In this document: in pieces, positions 12,508-24,614 of the stretch
Layout: every line of letters begins with the position of its first letter
Numbering within the stretch: position 1 is the stretch's first letter
NCBI RefSeq assembly: GCF_004010195.1
Contig: NC_057738.1
Span: forward strand, 35,074,233-35,138,232
DNA: 64,000 nucleotides
From: Chiloscyllium plagiosum
Lineage: Eukaryota
Direction of reading: 5' to 3'
Translations under genes and position numbers: made by a program
Notes under the pieces: model-generated
Databases searched by the model: none
What the model saw: the letters and a program-made list of their open reading frames with translations, nothing else
Told to the model about the DNA's origin: nothing

Positions 12508-13262
12508 ACATAGAACATTACAGCACAGTACAGGCCCTTCGGCCTTCGATGTTGCACCACCCTGTGAAACCAATCTGAAGCCCATCTAATCTACACTATT
12601 CCATTATCATCCATATGCCTATCCAATGACCATTTAAATGCCTGTAAAGTTGGCAAATCTATTACTGTTGCAGAAAGGGCATTCCACACCCTTACTACTC
12701 TCTGAGTAAAGAATGTACCTCTGACATCTGTCCTATATCTATCACCCCTCAATTTAAAGCTATGCCCCTTCTTTGCTAGCCATCACCATCCGAGCAAAAA
12801 GGCTCTCATAGTCCAACCTATCTAACCCTCTGATTATCTTCTATGTCTCAATTAAGTCACCTCTCAAACTTCTTCTCTCTAATGAAAACAGCCTCAAGTC
12901 CCTCAGCCTTTCCTCATAAGACCTTCGAGGAGAAAGTGAGGTCTGCAGATGCTGGAGATCAAAGTTAAAACTTTATTGCTGGAACAGCACAGCAGGTCAG
13001 GCAGCATCCAGGGAACAGGAGATTCGACGTTTCGGGCACAGGCCCTTCTTCAGGATTCCTGAAGAAGGGCCTGTGCCCGAAACGTCGATTCTCCTGTTCC
13101 CTGGATGCTGCCTGACCTGCTGTGCTGTTCCAGCAATAAAGTTTCAACTCCTAAGACCTTCCCTCCATTCCAGGCAACATCCTGGTAAATCTCCTCTGCA
13201 CCCTTTCCAAAGCTTCCAATAATGCGGCGACCTGCACTGTACGCAATACTCCAAGTGCAGCC
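12508..13262 (-). mobile_element. HER1/CR1 LINE 3' fragment interrupted by a family A hairpin
   Basis: LEALERVQRRFTRMLPGMEGRS(Y) continues across the insertion into ERL.DLRLFSL. Confidence 0.9.
12927..13151. mobile_element. Family A fold-back PLE-related element with intact hammerhead cores on both strands
   Basis: 93-bp arms 12963-13055 / 13057-13149 with 2 mismatches; core CTGAAGA-aGGGC-ctgt-GCCC-GAAACGTC at 13059-13086; TSD taagaccttc at 12917-12926 and 13152-13161. Confidence 0.9.
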
Positions 13263-15876
13263 TTACTGGGAGGGCAATGGGTGGGGGCATTAAGAGGAGG
13301 GGGTATTGAGGGTGTGGGGGCATTGAGATGGAGGGGCTGAGATAGAGAGCCAGCGAGGGTGAAGAAACCGTGGTGATGTAGAAATGGGAGGAGGGGTAAG
13401 GCAGGGGGAGTGGCTAAGNNNNNNNNNNNNNNNNNNNNNNNNNNNNNNNNNNNNNNNNNNNNNNNNNNNNNNNNNNNNNNNNNNNNNNNNNNNNNNNNNN
13501 NNNNNNNNNNNNNNNNNNNNNNNNNNNNNNNNNNNNNNNNNNNNNNNNNNNNNNNNNNNNNNNNNNNNNNNNNNNNNNNNNNNNNNNNNNNNNNNNNNNN
13601 NNNNNNNNNNNNNNNNNNNNNNNNNNNNNNNNNNNNNNNNNNNNNNNNNNNNNNNNNNNNNNNNNNNNNNNNNNNNNNNNNNNNNNNNNNNNNNNNNNNN
13701 NNNNNNNNNNNNNNNNNNNNNNNNNNNNNNNNNNNNNNNNNNNNNNNNNNNNNNNNNNNNNNNNNNNNNNNNNNNNNNNNNNNNNNNNNNNNNNNNNNNN
13801 NNNNNNNNNNNNNNNNNNNNNNNNNNNNNNNNNNNNNNNNNNNNNNNNNNNNNNNNNNNNNNNNNNNNNNNNNNNNNNNNNNNNNNNNNNNNNNNNNNNN
13901 NNNNNNNNNNNNNNNNNNNNNNNNNNNNNNNNNNNNNNNNNNNNNNNNNNNNNNNNNNNNNNNNNNNNNNNNNNNNNNNNNNNNNNNNNNNNNNNNNNNN
14001 NNNNNNNNNNNNNNNNNNNNNNNNNNNNNNNNNNNNNNNNNNNNNNNNNNNNNNNNNNNNNNNNNNNNNNNNNNNNNNNNNNNNNNNNNNNNNNNNNNNN
14101 NNNNNNNNNNNNNNNNNNNNNNNNNNNNNNNNNNNNNNNNNNNNACTTGCCCCCCTGAGAACATTCTGAACCCTCCGGCCCGGGGGTAGATGCGTACATC
14201 CCTTGACGTTGGCTTTGTTCAGTCTGGGTGGTTATAGAGCCTCTTTGCTGTGCCTCCTCGTTGCTGTGAGATGTGAAGTGAGTGGCGTCTCTGAAAGTCA
14301 CAACAAACACAAAAATAGCTCGCACAGGCCGGAGTCAGATGTTCGAGCGATCGGCTGCACAGGTGGTTTTGTCATAACTTCACCCCACTGCGACCCCATC
14401 CCCCCCGCCCCCCCAACCTGAAGCCTACAAACGGAGGAGAACAATTGTGTTACATACGGGATGTGGATGAGATGGGACTGCTGCAGATCAGCGCTTTGTG
14501 AAATGCAGATAAGACCAAACAAACAAGTTAGGCCAGGTTGGGAGGGCCTGTGCTGTTCCTGAGGGTATTTTGTCTTACTGCAGCCTCACTGCTTTCTTCC
14601 CGGGCGCCTACGCGGGTCTGTCCTTCCTCAGAGGATGTTCAGTTTCTCCCCACAAACAACAAGCCCAATCCATAGCCTTTCTCTTTTTGGCAAAGAGAGC
14701 CCCACTGCACCCCCGCACCCCCCCATCTCAGAAATCAGAGACAGTGAGGATGAGGGTTTTGACCCATTTTTGAACACGTGTCTCACTGTCTGTGTTAAAC
14801 AACACCCAAAGCAGCTCAGCAACATTCCTCTCTCAACATGCCTCTCCTCTGAGCAGCTTTGAACTGCAAGGAATAGGGTTTTTTTTAAAAAAAAATTGCC
14901 CAACAAAAATAGTTCCCAGAGCTGACTGATGCTCATTACAGCTGTTCTCTTTGATTTCTCACTAGCTCGGAGGAGTTTTTTTTCCCTGACTTCTCTCTCT
15001 TGTGGTACATAAACTGAGAGTTGACCGTCTTGTTCTTAGCAAAGACCCAAGAGAAGCCTGGCTTAATTTCTTCTTTTATTGCTTCTGGTTCCCATTGCAG
15101 TAGGTCACCTCAACAGCACAGGGTTGGCATATTGCTAAAAGGAGGCAAGAATTTGAGGTCTCACATCTTGCACTTTCCACAACAAGGAGGCAAGATACAG
15201 AGCTCTTTACTTTTTATGTGTTAAAAAAAGAGTGACTCCATTTTGTTTTTGAACACGAGAGGAGGCAGCTGATTGGCTAGGCCTCCATTGACCTGGATGC
15301 ACAGCTAGAACAGTTAACTGTCAGTCTTCATTGTCAGGCCAGGCAGTTCAAAGCCACATCTGTCAATGAACACAGAGCTGCTCTGTGTTGGGAGGCAGAA
15401 AGGAAGTTTGTCTGTGCCTACTGCACTTCCTTTCAAAAGCAAAAGTGGTCCTGGAGGCAGCACAGCTCTGCTGCTTCCCCATGGCAACACCCCTCCAGAC
15501 CAATCAGAATCTATGTGGCTGGCTTGGTCTGAGGGCTTTAAGGTGCTGTGGGATCATTCCATTTCAGATCGAAGGCCGGGGAGTCAGGAAAAAGAGGGGA
15601 GTTTAAAAGTAGTAAGCGTTTGACTTGTGAAAGGTATCAAAGCGAGGCCAGGGCGCAAGTTTTCACTGAGGCCTTTTACAAGTACCTTCAAATATTCAGT
15701 GAAGGGGAGCGGGGGAACATTGGCGCGTGGCCGTGACAGTACGATTGTGAATGTGCGACGTTTTCTCTTAAAATAAATAAAGTAGCCAAGGGCCTAACCC
15801 CCACGGGGATGTTACAAGGATTGGTACTGCCACCTCTGTACTAGGTTGGCAGTGACCTGCAGTTCAGACCCTCCCT

Positions 15877-16160
15877 CAACAACAATTGCATTTGTGTAGC
15901 GCCTACGACATAGCACAGAGCACTTCAAGCTGAGTTCTTCACTGGCACGTCATGGAGCAACATTTGATACCAAACCTCAGGAGGAGATAGGCGAGCGACA
16001 GGAAGTGGCTTTTGAGGAGCATCTTGAAGGAGGAAATTGAGGTGTAAGGAGGAATTTCCAGATCTTTGGGCCTGGGTTGCTGAAGGCACGGCTCCCCTGA
16101 GATGGAGCAGTTGAGATTGGGTTCCACACACAGGTTCTCAAATGGCTAGTGGATTGTTTA
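15877..16160 (-). mobile_element. L2-type LINE 3' end
   Basis: caacaacaattgcatttgtgtagcgcct is the reverse L2/DeuSINE tail; reverse ORF ISSFKMLLKSHF. Confidence 0.7.
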
Positions 16161-16413
16161 AGGTGATGGACAGAGATCTTCTCCCGCAGGAGGTGGGATC
16201 GTATTAAACTGACAGAGTCAGTTGGGCTCATTCCAAATGCTGGTGAGAATCGCGCATAAAATTCCCAATCCGTATCCAGTGGTGTAAAGACACCACCCTC
16301 AGGAAAGCAAGAAAAGGTCCTTTGAAATCCAACAAACCAGGAAAAGTTGAAAATTGAGGTTGATATATGTAATACTCAAAACACTATCCAGTAAAATGTT
16401 TTGGATACCAGAA

Positions 16414-16628
16414 GGAAGACTGGCATTTATATAGTACCTCTGAGAGCTTGAGGGTATCCCAAGATGCTTGCAGCCACTGAAGTATTTTTACAGAGTGGTC
16501 ACTCTCTGTAATGGGGAAGGCAACAGCCAGTACGTACAGGGCAATGGCCTTCCAAACCAGATATTTTTTGTGTGATGATGTTTGTTTGAGTGACAAACAT
16601 TGGCCAGAACTGAAGGACAGGCTTCCTT
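16414..16628 (-). mobile_element. DeuSINE (SacSINE1-like) 3' part
   Basis: Reverse of tggccaatgtttgtcactcaa...ccattacagagagtgaccac..tacttcagtggctgcaagc..ctatataaatgccagtc, resembling the Deu domain and tail. Confidence 0.65.
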
Positions 16629-16969
16629 GTATTTCTGGAGACACACATGGGTGAGTCCGATAAGATTTCTTTCTCTGAAGGGCTTCAGTGAACCAGATGG
16701 GTTGCTGCAATAATCACTGGCAGCTGTCCTAGACACCATTTATTGAGATAAGCTTTATATCTCTTATTGATTAATTCGATTCAAAGTTCACTGTTTGCCA
16801 TGGTCAGATTTGAACTCCCTTCACAAGAGCTGTGGCATGGGATTCTGGGTTACACTGTTACCTGGTGCCAGTCTCCTGCCTTTCTCCCATATCTCTGCGC
16901 ACACCCATGGTCTCAGAGGAATCAGCCCATCACCTCGTGAATGTTCCAATTGAACCTGCCTCACCATGC

Positions 16970-17275
16970 ACTGCTACCTCACAGCACCAGGAACCCGGGT
17001 TCGATTCCAGCCTTGAGCGACTGTCTGTGTGGAGTTTGCACGTTCTCCCTGTGTCTGCATTGGTTGCCTCCGGGTGCTCTGGTTTCCTTCCACAGTCCAA
17101 AGATGCGCAGGTTATGTGAATTGGCCATGCTAAATTGCCCGTAGTGTTCAGGGATGTGTAGGTTTGTGTGCATTAATTGGGGTAAATATAGAGTAATGGG
17201 GATTGGGTTTGGGTGGGATAATCTTCAGGGGCTAGGTGTTGACTTGTTTGGCCAAAGGGCCTGTTTCCACACTGA
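16970..17275 (+). mobile_element. HE1 SINE
   Basis: actgctacctcacagcaccaggaacccgggttcgattcc ... gggcctgtttccacactg. Confidence 0.9.
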
Positions 17276-17939
17276 TACTATTCTGTATTTCCAGGCAGTG
17301 CATTCCAAACACTGACTACTCGTGTGTGAAAAAGATTTGTTCTCGAATCACTTCTGCTTTATTTCCACGTCACTTTTTCAACCTGTGCCCTCTCACTCTT
17401 ATCTCATTTACGAGCGGGTAAAGCCTCTCCCTGTCCACTCTTTTCAGCCCGTTCATGGTTTTGAAACCCTCAATCAAATCGCCTGTCAGCCTCCTCCTCC
17501 TCCAATGAGAGCAGCCCCAACCTTTTCAATCTGCCCTCATCGCTGAAGTTTCTCATTCCTGGAAAAAGGCACATTACTGCGGATGCTGGAAATCTGAGCC
17601 AAAGCAGATCCGGAAGTACCCGTGAACAGAAAACAGAGTTAATGTTTTGAGTTCGGTGACCCTTCTTCCTGACTTCTTTGTTTCTCGTTCCTGGGTTGTG
17701 GTGTTTTTCTATAATTTGTACTTTACCGAATGTAGAAATGTTTACAAAGGCCAGGCAACGCAAGGCTGTTTGGCTGAGCCCATCCAGTTGGTCAGTGAGT
17801 CTGTTTGCTTTCCAATTGGTGCATCAGGTGGCAATGCATCAAGAATGTGGCGCTGATGGACTAATAGTGGCTGAAGTGTGGGGACAGTGCTTGTAGCCTC
17901 CAGGAATACGTTTGATCACACTTGGCAATCCTTCAGGAA

Positions 17940-18245
17940 TAGGGAAGACCGGGGACACAGTTTAAGGATACGGGCTGGCCCATTTAGGACAGTGATAAGG
18001 AGAAAAGTTGGGATAGGGAAATATTTCTTCACCGAGACAGTGGGGACCCTGTGGAATACACTGTCAAAGAAAGCACTTGAGGCCAAAACATTGAATGTTT
18101 TCAAGGTGGTCATGGATATAGTTCTTGGGGATAAAGGCATCAAGGATTACAGGAGGAGAAAGTGAGTTGGATGATCAGCCATCATTGAATGGTGGAGCAG
18201 GCTCGAAGGGCTGAAGGGCCTCCCCCCTGCTCCTATATTTCTATG
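17940..18245 (+). mobile_element. HER1/CR1 LINE 3' fragment
   Basis: RGHSLRIR..PFRT..R...FFTE.V..LWN.L; UTR gaatggtggagcaggctcgaagggctga. Confidence 0.85.
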
Positions 18246-19367
18246 AAACACATTTTGAAGAGAACGAAAATGTTCAAGAGAAAAGGGGGAAAGAAAGCAG
18301 TGCAAATGATTATAAGAAAACAAATAAAGTTTACTCTTGTGATCACCCAGTAGTGAGTGCAGAGCCAGTGTTTCCTTCGACAAATTGACCTGAGGACCAA
18401 ATCGCCCCAGCCCCTCCTCTCACCCCTCAAAAGAAGTTGATGGCTTTGCTCCAGCAATCTTTTAAGTGCTCTGTAGTTGATTTTCTTTCCCACTTTAATT
18501 GTATTTAAAGTGCTCTTAAAACGCCAGCCCTTCATTCTTTTTTGTCATCACGCTGGCTGCTTTAGGACATTGAGGTTTGCAAATGGGGGAAGTGCATCAG
18601 AGCCTTCCTTTCGCCTTCTCCTTTTTGGTTAAAGCTGCTCTCTGTGTGTTACGTGAGCTTCAGGCTAGTGACAGCGAATAATTGCTGAGGCACTCAGTTT
18701 GGGAGAAAATATTTCTTTCCTCACGTTCTCATTGAAGTCAATTCCACACTCCTGGTGCAACTTTATTTTAAATGGTAAATATTAATACCTGACCCCTTTT
18801 GTCACGGACGGTTATTTTAATGGATGGATGGCAGGTGGAATGGTTGAAGAATTATACATAGTCATTGATATAAATACTTCAGTGTTTTACTGTCCACTGA
18901 GTAAGATTTGAAAACTGTATTGGAGAGTTTATTGTTAACTCTTTGCACTAAATCTGAAATTCTTTGATTCAGGGAATACTTTTTAACACTCCCGTCCCCT
19001 GTACGTTTTTAACCCGCCCGTCCCCTGTATGTTTTTGTATGCGAGGGACTCCTGTTGTGCTACTAAAGGAGGAAGCGTGCCCACAGGGAGAAGCAATGGT
19101 GGTTGGATAGGTTCAGCCTTAGCACAAAGAGGAAGAACATTGCATTATAAAAATGGAGGGGAATTCTCAGTGATGTTTGACTGTGTTCCTCAAATCTGCA
19201 GTGGCTTCAGCCACCGTTTCACAGACCCAGCTTTAAAAGAGTGAGGTATCGAATCAGGAGGAGATGTCATTAGGAGAAAAGAGGCCAATCAGCCCCTTCT
19301 TTTCTATGGTGTTTCTCATTTCAAAGGCTTGTATTGACACATTCACGCAGTTCTCTTTGAAGCCTGT

Positions 19368-19890
19368 TTAAGATGGTGTCAATCTTATTAGTAACATCCA
19401 GTGGCTTGTAGCCGGAGCCCAGTTAGATATTTGCTTTCTTTGCCACATTGAACCTGGCAAGAGACAAAGCCAGAAATTGCTGGAAAAGCTCAGCAGGTCT
19501 GGCAGCATCTGTGGGGAGAAATCAAGAGTTAACATTTTGGGTCGAGTGACCCTTCCTCAGAAACCTGATAAGAGTGTTGACTTTAGCTACATATAATTTC
19601 TTGAGAGCCTGCTGTTTGTTGGCCTTGATGTCAACAATGAAAACCAAAGTATTCTTGTCCTGAGTTTTCTTCACAGCGGACACAGTACTCAGAGGGAAAT
19701 TAATGATAGCACAACAGTCCAATTGTTCCTACTGGGAGCTCTGTCTCTGGGATACTCGGGTTTCCGGCTTGGCCTGAGTGTCCTGAGGTAGGTGTCATCC
19801 TAATTTTCTTCTGCCTGTGAACTCCCTTCAAAATGGCCACCTTGGCTTTCGAGGCCTTATCTCCTGCGTTGGGTTTTATTGGTGCGCAGC
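19368..19890 (-). pseudogene. RPL23A: Processed (intronless) ribosomal protein L23a pseudogene
   Basis: Collinear fragments KASKAKVAILKGVHRQKKIRMTPT / PSIP / [52 protein letters not shown] / FNVAKKANI*LGSGYKPLDVTNKIDTI match RPL23A; frameshifts, one stop, no introns. Confidence 0.92.
19457..19561 (-). mobile_element. Family C element inserted in the RPL23A pseudogene
   Basis: TSD aacctg at 19451-19456 and 19562-19567; minus strand CTGAGGA-aGGGTC-actc-GACCC-AAAATGTT (GAAA mutated). Confidence 0.85.
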
Positions 19891-20139
19891 TGTCCAATTC
19901 ATTCCGCTGCCCTGCCCATTTCTTTTAACCCTGTCATCTGTTTTTACTTAATCACTGTGCTTCTTCGCAAACTGACTGAAGTGGTATGTTGATCTAACCA
20001 ATTCAGAGAGATAGCTTTGAATTAACGCGTTGTACGTGATCCGGTGGCCTGCTTTGTTTAAAACAAAACCTTACTGATAGATCTGGCCAGAAGGCTTCAC
20101 AAATCATGGGTAACTTTGAATACCATGGTTAAGTGGCAG

Positions 20140-20422
20140 TGATGTGTTATATTTGACTCGAGTTGCTGTGGCAATATCTACTTTTTACAGATATGTTGTA
20201 GCTTGGATAGTGATGGTGGAGGTTCAAGGTTCCTTCCTGTGTGGATGGCTGAGGAATCTCTTCCACCCTCACCACTTGCTGTAGGTGTAGGTGGAAAGAT
20301 CTGAGGGTGGTACACAACTTGTTTTGCCACGATCTGACCCTGGTCACTAAGCCATGGAGTAGGGTTTTGAATGCAGTACTTCTGGCTCAGAGCCGGGGAC
20401 ATTACCCTCTGTATCACAAGAA
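20140..20422 (-). mobile_element. Old tRNA-headed SINE-like repeat
   Basis: Reverse head cttgtgatacagagggtaatgtccccggctctgagccag; related heads at 9770-9840, 35455-35635 (two) and 60258-60302. Confidence 0.45.
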
Positions 20423-21004
20423 CTTGCCCTATGTTTGATTAAGGGAAGCCTAGGTGCACACAACCATTCCTACAATGGTTCACTTGTCATGTTGGAACAG
20501 GGTCAGTCAGAATAGGAGTTCCCTGACTGGGGCTGTTAACTGATTCAATCAGGGAGCTACGGGCATGATGGGGCTCACCTCCTGGCATGAGGTGTGAACC
20601 CACAGCAGTTTACGAAGTGAATCGGCCACCATGTGAGCCAGGGCTCCCTAAAGGTCAGGGGTCGGGACCCCAGGTAAGGTGTGTGTGTGTGTGTGTGTGT
20701 GTGGGGCGGGGGAGCGGTGTTTGGTGGGAGTGGGGATGGCACGTGCTGCAAATTTTGACTCCCGAGTTCTGCTGCCAAGTTCTGACTGAGGCACAACAAT
20801 AACTATGCCCCCCTCACCGTGGGAGCTGCAGCAGTGATCAGGAATAATGGACAAGTTGGACCAAAGGGTCTGTTTTCGTGCTGTACATCTCTGTGACTCT
20901 CTGTAACGTGTGGATGCTCAACAAACTGTGTGAATACAGGTCCCTTCAAACCCAGACAATGGGGTAATTGAAAGTTGACTGTTGGTTTTGGCCTAGTCCC
21001 TTTA

Positions 21005-21024
21005 GACAGAGACAGAAACACACA

Positions 21025-21063
<39 letters not shown>

Positions 21064-21142
21064 ACACACACACACTCAAACCCACACAGACACAGACACA
21101 CACAACACACCCCACACACGACACACACAACACACGACACAC
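21005..21142. repeat. Imperfect (CA)n microsatellite
   Basis: Direct reading; a (GT)n tract is also present at 20679-20703. Confidence 0.9.
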
Positions 21143-22491
21143 AGCCCATTGTTGTACTCCTGTTCCTGTCACTGGTTCTAGAGTAATCTGCAGGGCACAT
21201 GTGACTGCTGTTCTAGAACTGTGAGTTAGACTGTAAGACCAGGGAAACCTGAGGTGTGGGAGTAGAATGTGTAATGGATAATAAAATTGTCAAAATGGAG
21301 GAGCAAACATGCAGACTGTTATCCTTCAAAGCTCCACCTCCCACCGAGTGAACCATCACAGTTTCTTCAGAGCTGGCTTGATCAGTGCTAATTATCAGAG
21401 TCTGTCTGACAGTTAACTGGTACATCTTTGTCACATCCCTAAGCTGATAAGCCCCGTGTCAATCTGCCTTTTCAAGCCTCTTTACCATGAAGCACCTTAA
21501 TAAGACCGCCCTCTGACGCACTGGCTGTTTCCTTCTGAACTTAAGACCATCTCCTAACGAGATGTTCCAAAACTCTCCGATGCAATTGAATCACAATGGT
21601 AGGAGTTCTTATGTTCTTTTTTTGAAAAGGGGTGACTCCCTCGAAGAACACAAGCTGTTAACTCGTCTGTAATGGACAGGTTCCATGGCTCAGCCTATAC
21701 TGTAAATCCCTCTGCCCCCAGCAAAACATTCACAAGCAGCACTTGCTGAATATGTTTGCAGCTGACGTTAGGAATCAATTTACAAACTAGATGAGAAATC
21801 TTCCTTCACCGAGTGACCCTGACCATAATCGTAGTGCAGGCAGTCCATAGGCTGTTGAATTGGTTCCATTCTGGAGCCCATTGGCAAGCTGGAACAGATG
21901 CAGGACAATGGAACGCTTGTAAGTACCGGAAATCTTAATTTGTCAGGTCTTTAAACTCAGCCCTCCCCCCACCCCCCAAATGGGACCGTGTTTGTAAATT
22001 AGTCCTGGAGAAGGCAAGTTGGTGGTGTAGTGGTGATGAACTGGCAATGCAAAGCGGTCCAATGGAATCCTCTGCAGACACTATTTCAGACTCAGCTGCA
22101 GTAGCAGGTAGAATTAATAAAGAGATCTTTGTTCTCAGGATGCAGGTATCGCTGACCAGGCCAGAGAGCATTTGGGAGACATTGCTTTAGATCTGGAGTC
22201 ACATGTAGGCCAGACTGGATAAAGTGTGGAAGTCTCCTCACTGCAGAATCTAGTTCAGCCAAAGGATCATTGCAAAGATGTACAGGTCTGCATTGAAGGA
22301 GTTAGATGGCGAGGGATAGGAGGAGGTTAGATTGGACTGTAAGGACCAACTTGTATGTCTGCTGCAGATATGTTGCAATTGCAGCATGTTCTTCCCTCTC
22401 TGATTTAAGGGTGCAGATTTGCCATCTCATTCTTGCTGCTTTGTGATGTCTCGAGAACGTGGGTGTTTTAACTGTCCGCATGGATTTGCAT

Positions 22492-22715
22492 CAGTCAAGA
22501 GTGTGGTGCTGGAAATGCATAGCATCCGAGGAGCAGGAAAATCAACGTTTCGGGCAAAAGCCCTTCGTCAGGAATGATGAAGCCCTTCCTGATGAAGGGC
22601 TTTTGCCCGAAACGTTGATTCTCCTGCTCCTTGGTTGCTGCCTGACCTGTTGTGCTTTTCCAGCACCACACTCTCAACTCTGATCTCTCGCATCGGCAGT
22701 CCTCATTTTCACCCT
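22492..22715 (+). mobile_element. Family A fold-back element with hammerhead cores
   Basis: CTGATGA-aGGGC-tttt-GCCC-GAAACGTT at 22589-22616, mirrored at about 22543-22570; TSD atg(g/t)atttgcat at 22480-22491 and 22716-22727. Confidence 0.88.
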
Positions 22716-23127
22716 ATGTATTTGCATAGTCTTTGATCGAACTATATACATTGTGTGCCACCCCTCCTTCCTATCCATCAGATCCCTTGACGATAGAGTG
22801 AATTTAGCTCTCCTCATCATTAACAGTGCTTAATGGGTGGGCATGTGCCTACCCATCCAATCATCCCTGGCACAGAGTGCCTCCAGAAGGCAATCCCAGT
22901 CAGCGGAAGGTGGAGACCTTGGACTTTCTGTCTGGGCCATGGATGCCCTCTTTACACCTCTTGTGCCACATCATAAATTTAGAAGGGAAGTTACCTGGCC
23001 TGGTCTCTGTCCGGCATCTGGTTCTTGAGTGTCTGGTGGGTCGAGATTTCACTTTTCCCCCTCCTCAGGCCAAGGTAGTAGGTGCCACTGGAGCCCCATC
23101 TAGATGTCTGGTTCATATCACAGAATG

Positions 23128-23466
23128 AATAGAATCATAGAATTCCCTGAAGTGTAGAAGCAGGCCATTCAGCCCATCGAACCCACACTGACCTTCCGAA
23201 GAGCATCCCATCCAGGCCCAACCCCTGTACAGTCCCAATAACCCTGTAGCTAATCCACGCTTTCCTGGACTCTATGGGTAACTTCCCATAGACAATCCAC
23301 CTGACCTGCACATCTTTTGGATTGTGGGAGGAAACCGGAACACCCGGAGGAAACCCATGTAGACACGGGAAGAACGTGCAAACTGCACACAGACAGTCAC
23401 CCAAGGGTGAAATTGAACCCAGGTCCCTGGTGCTGTGAGGCATCAGTGCTAACCACTGAGCCACTG
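23128..23466 (-). mobile_element. HE1 SINE
   Basis: Reverse HE1 with atagaatcatagaat tail. Confidence 0.92.
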
Positions 23467-24614
23467 TGGTTAGAGATTGGACAAGTATTGCCCAGGTTAG
23501 AAAATGGATTTGCCCCCTGCTCCATATCATCGACATTCTCCCCTCCTGCCTTGCTCTGTCCATGGAGGGAAAACCACAGTGTTATCTTCCAGTGCTCCTC
23601 CACTGAAGGAAGGGGCAGAAATGGTGGACAGTCTTGATCTTGCTTTAATTAAGGCCCAAGTCAGTGCTCATTTTACAGAAGGTGATTGTAACCCCAATAT
23701 TGGTTTGATTTGCACTCTTTGGGTTTGCACTTATTGTGAGTGTGTGCATAGGATTGACCAGGCACGGACTGGGGAGCAAGCAAGTCGAGGAAATCAAAGG
23801 ATGTTGAGGAGTAGGCAAGAAATTGGGAGTTCAGGCTATGGTGCAGGTCAGCGGATGAGAAGGACAGGCAGAGCGGCCTACTGCTCCTCATGTTGAGAGA
23901 GTCGGGGTTCTGTTAACGATCCTGTTCAATCAAAGAGGGACGTATGGAGAGAAGGTCACACACCAGGGGTTGGGTACCTTGGCAGCTGAAGGCGTGTAGT
24001 AGCGTGGAGCAGTAGAAAACTGGCAAGCCAAGGTGAGAATTGGCGGAACGCAGAGATCCCAACAACAGCAGGAGGAGCTTACAGAGATGCAGAGGGGTTT
24101 AAAAACATCAGTGAGGGGGATAAAACCTGAGGAAGGAAATCATCTTGGTACACACCAACATCAAAGAAATGTTCTAAGTTTGATAACCCTCCTATGAATC
24201 AGTTCACACTGTTTCACTATGTTAATACACCTACATAAATACACTTTATTGCATTATAGGTGGCTTCTGAGGTGTTTAACTGGTTAGACTATTTGTATCA
24301 TTAATCTCTTGTGCAGCTACAGATCTCTGACTGACAAACTGAACTGTTTGGGCTGTTTGCCTGAGAAAGTATGTTGGCACCCAAACTAAAAAAGTTCTTG
24401 CCTTTAAAATTTTTCTTCTGCCCCCCACCCCCAGCTCCTGATTGCCTTTTGCCAAATGGAGTGAGTTAGAGTAACAAGACACACCCTCCACTGTTGGATC
24501 TGCCCTTCCCTCAATCGCCAAGATGTTCTCCATTTGGGATGGGGTCCAGAAAATCCTTATGGAGCTTTATTACATAACAGCCATGAGTGAAACCTCAGCA
24601 GCACCGATTTGTAT

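Noticed and set aside
12963-13149. Pre-miRNA or MITE interpretation of the perfect hairpins
   Set aside because: Arms are asymmetric, TSD lengths vary, and the same sequence terminates a PLE-like element, which favours a retroelement origin. Small-RNA production is not excluded.
10219-14325. Long ORFs of 260-380 aa
   Set aside because: They are open only because they run through N gaps; only the PLE RT fragment before 10466 is meaningful.
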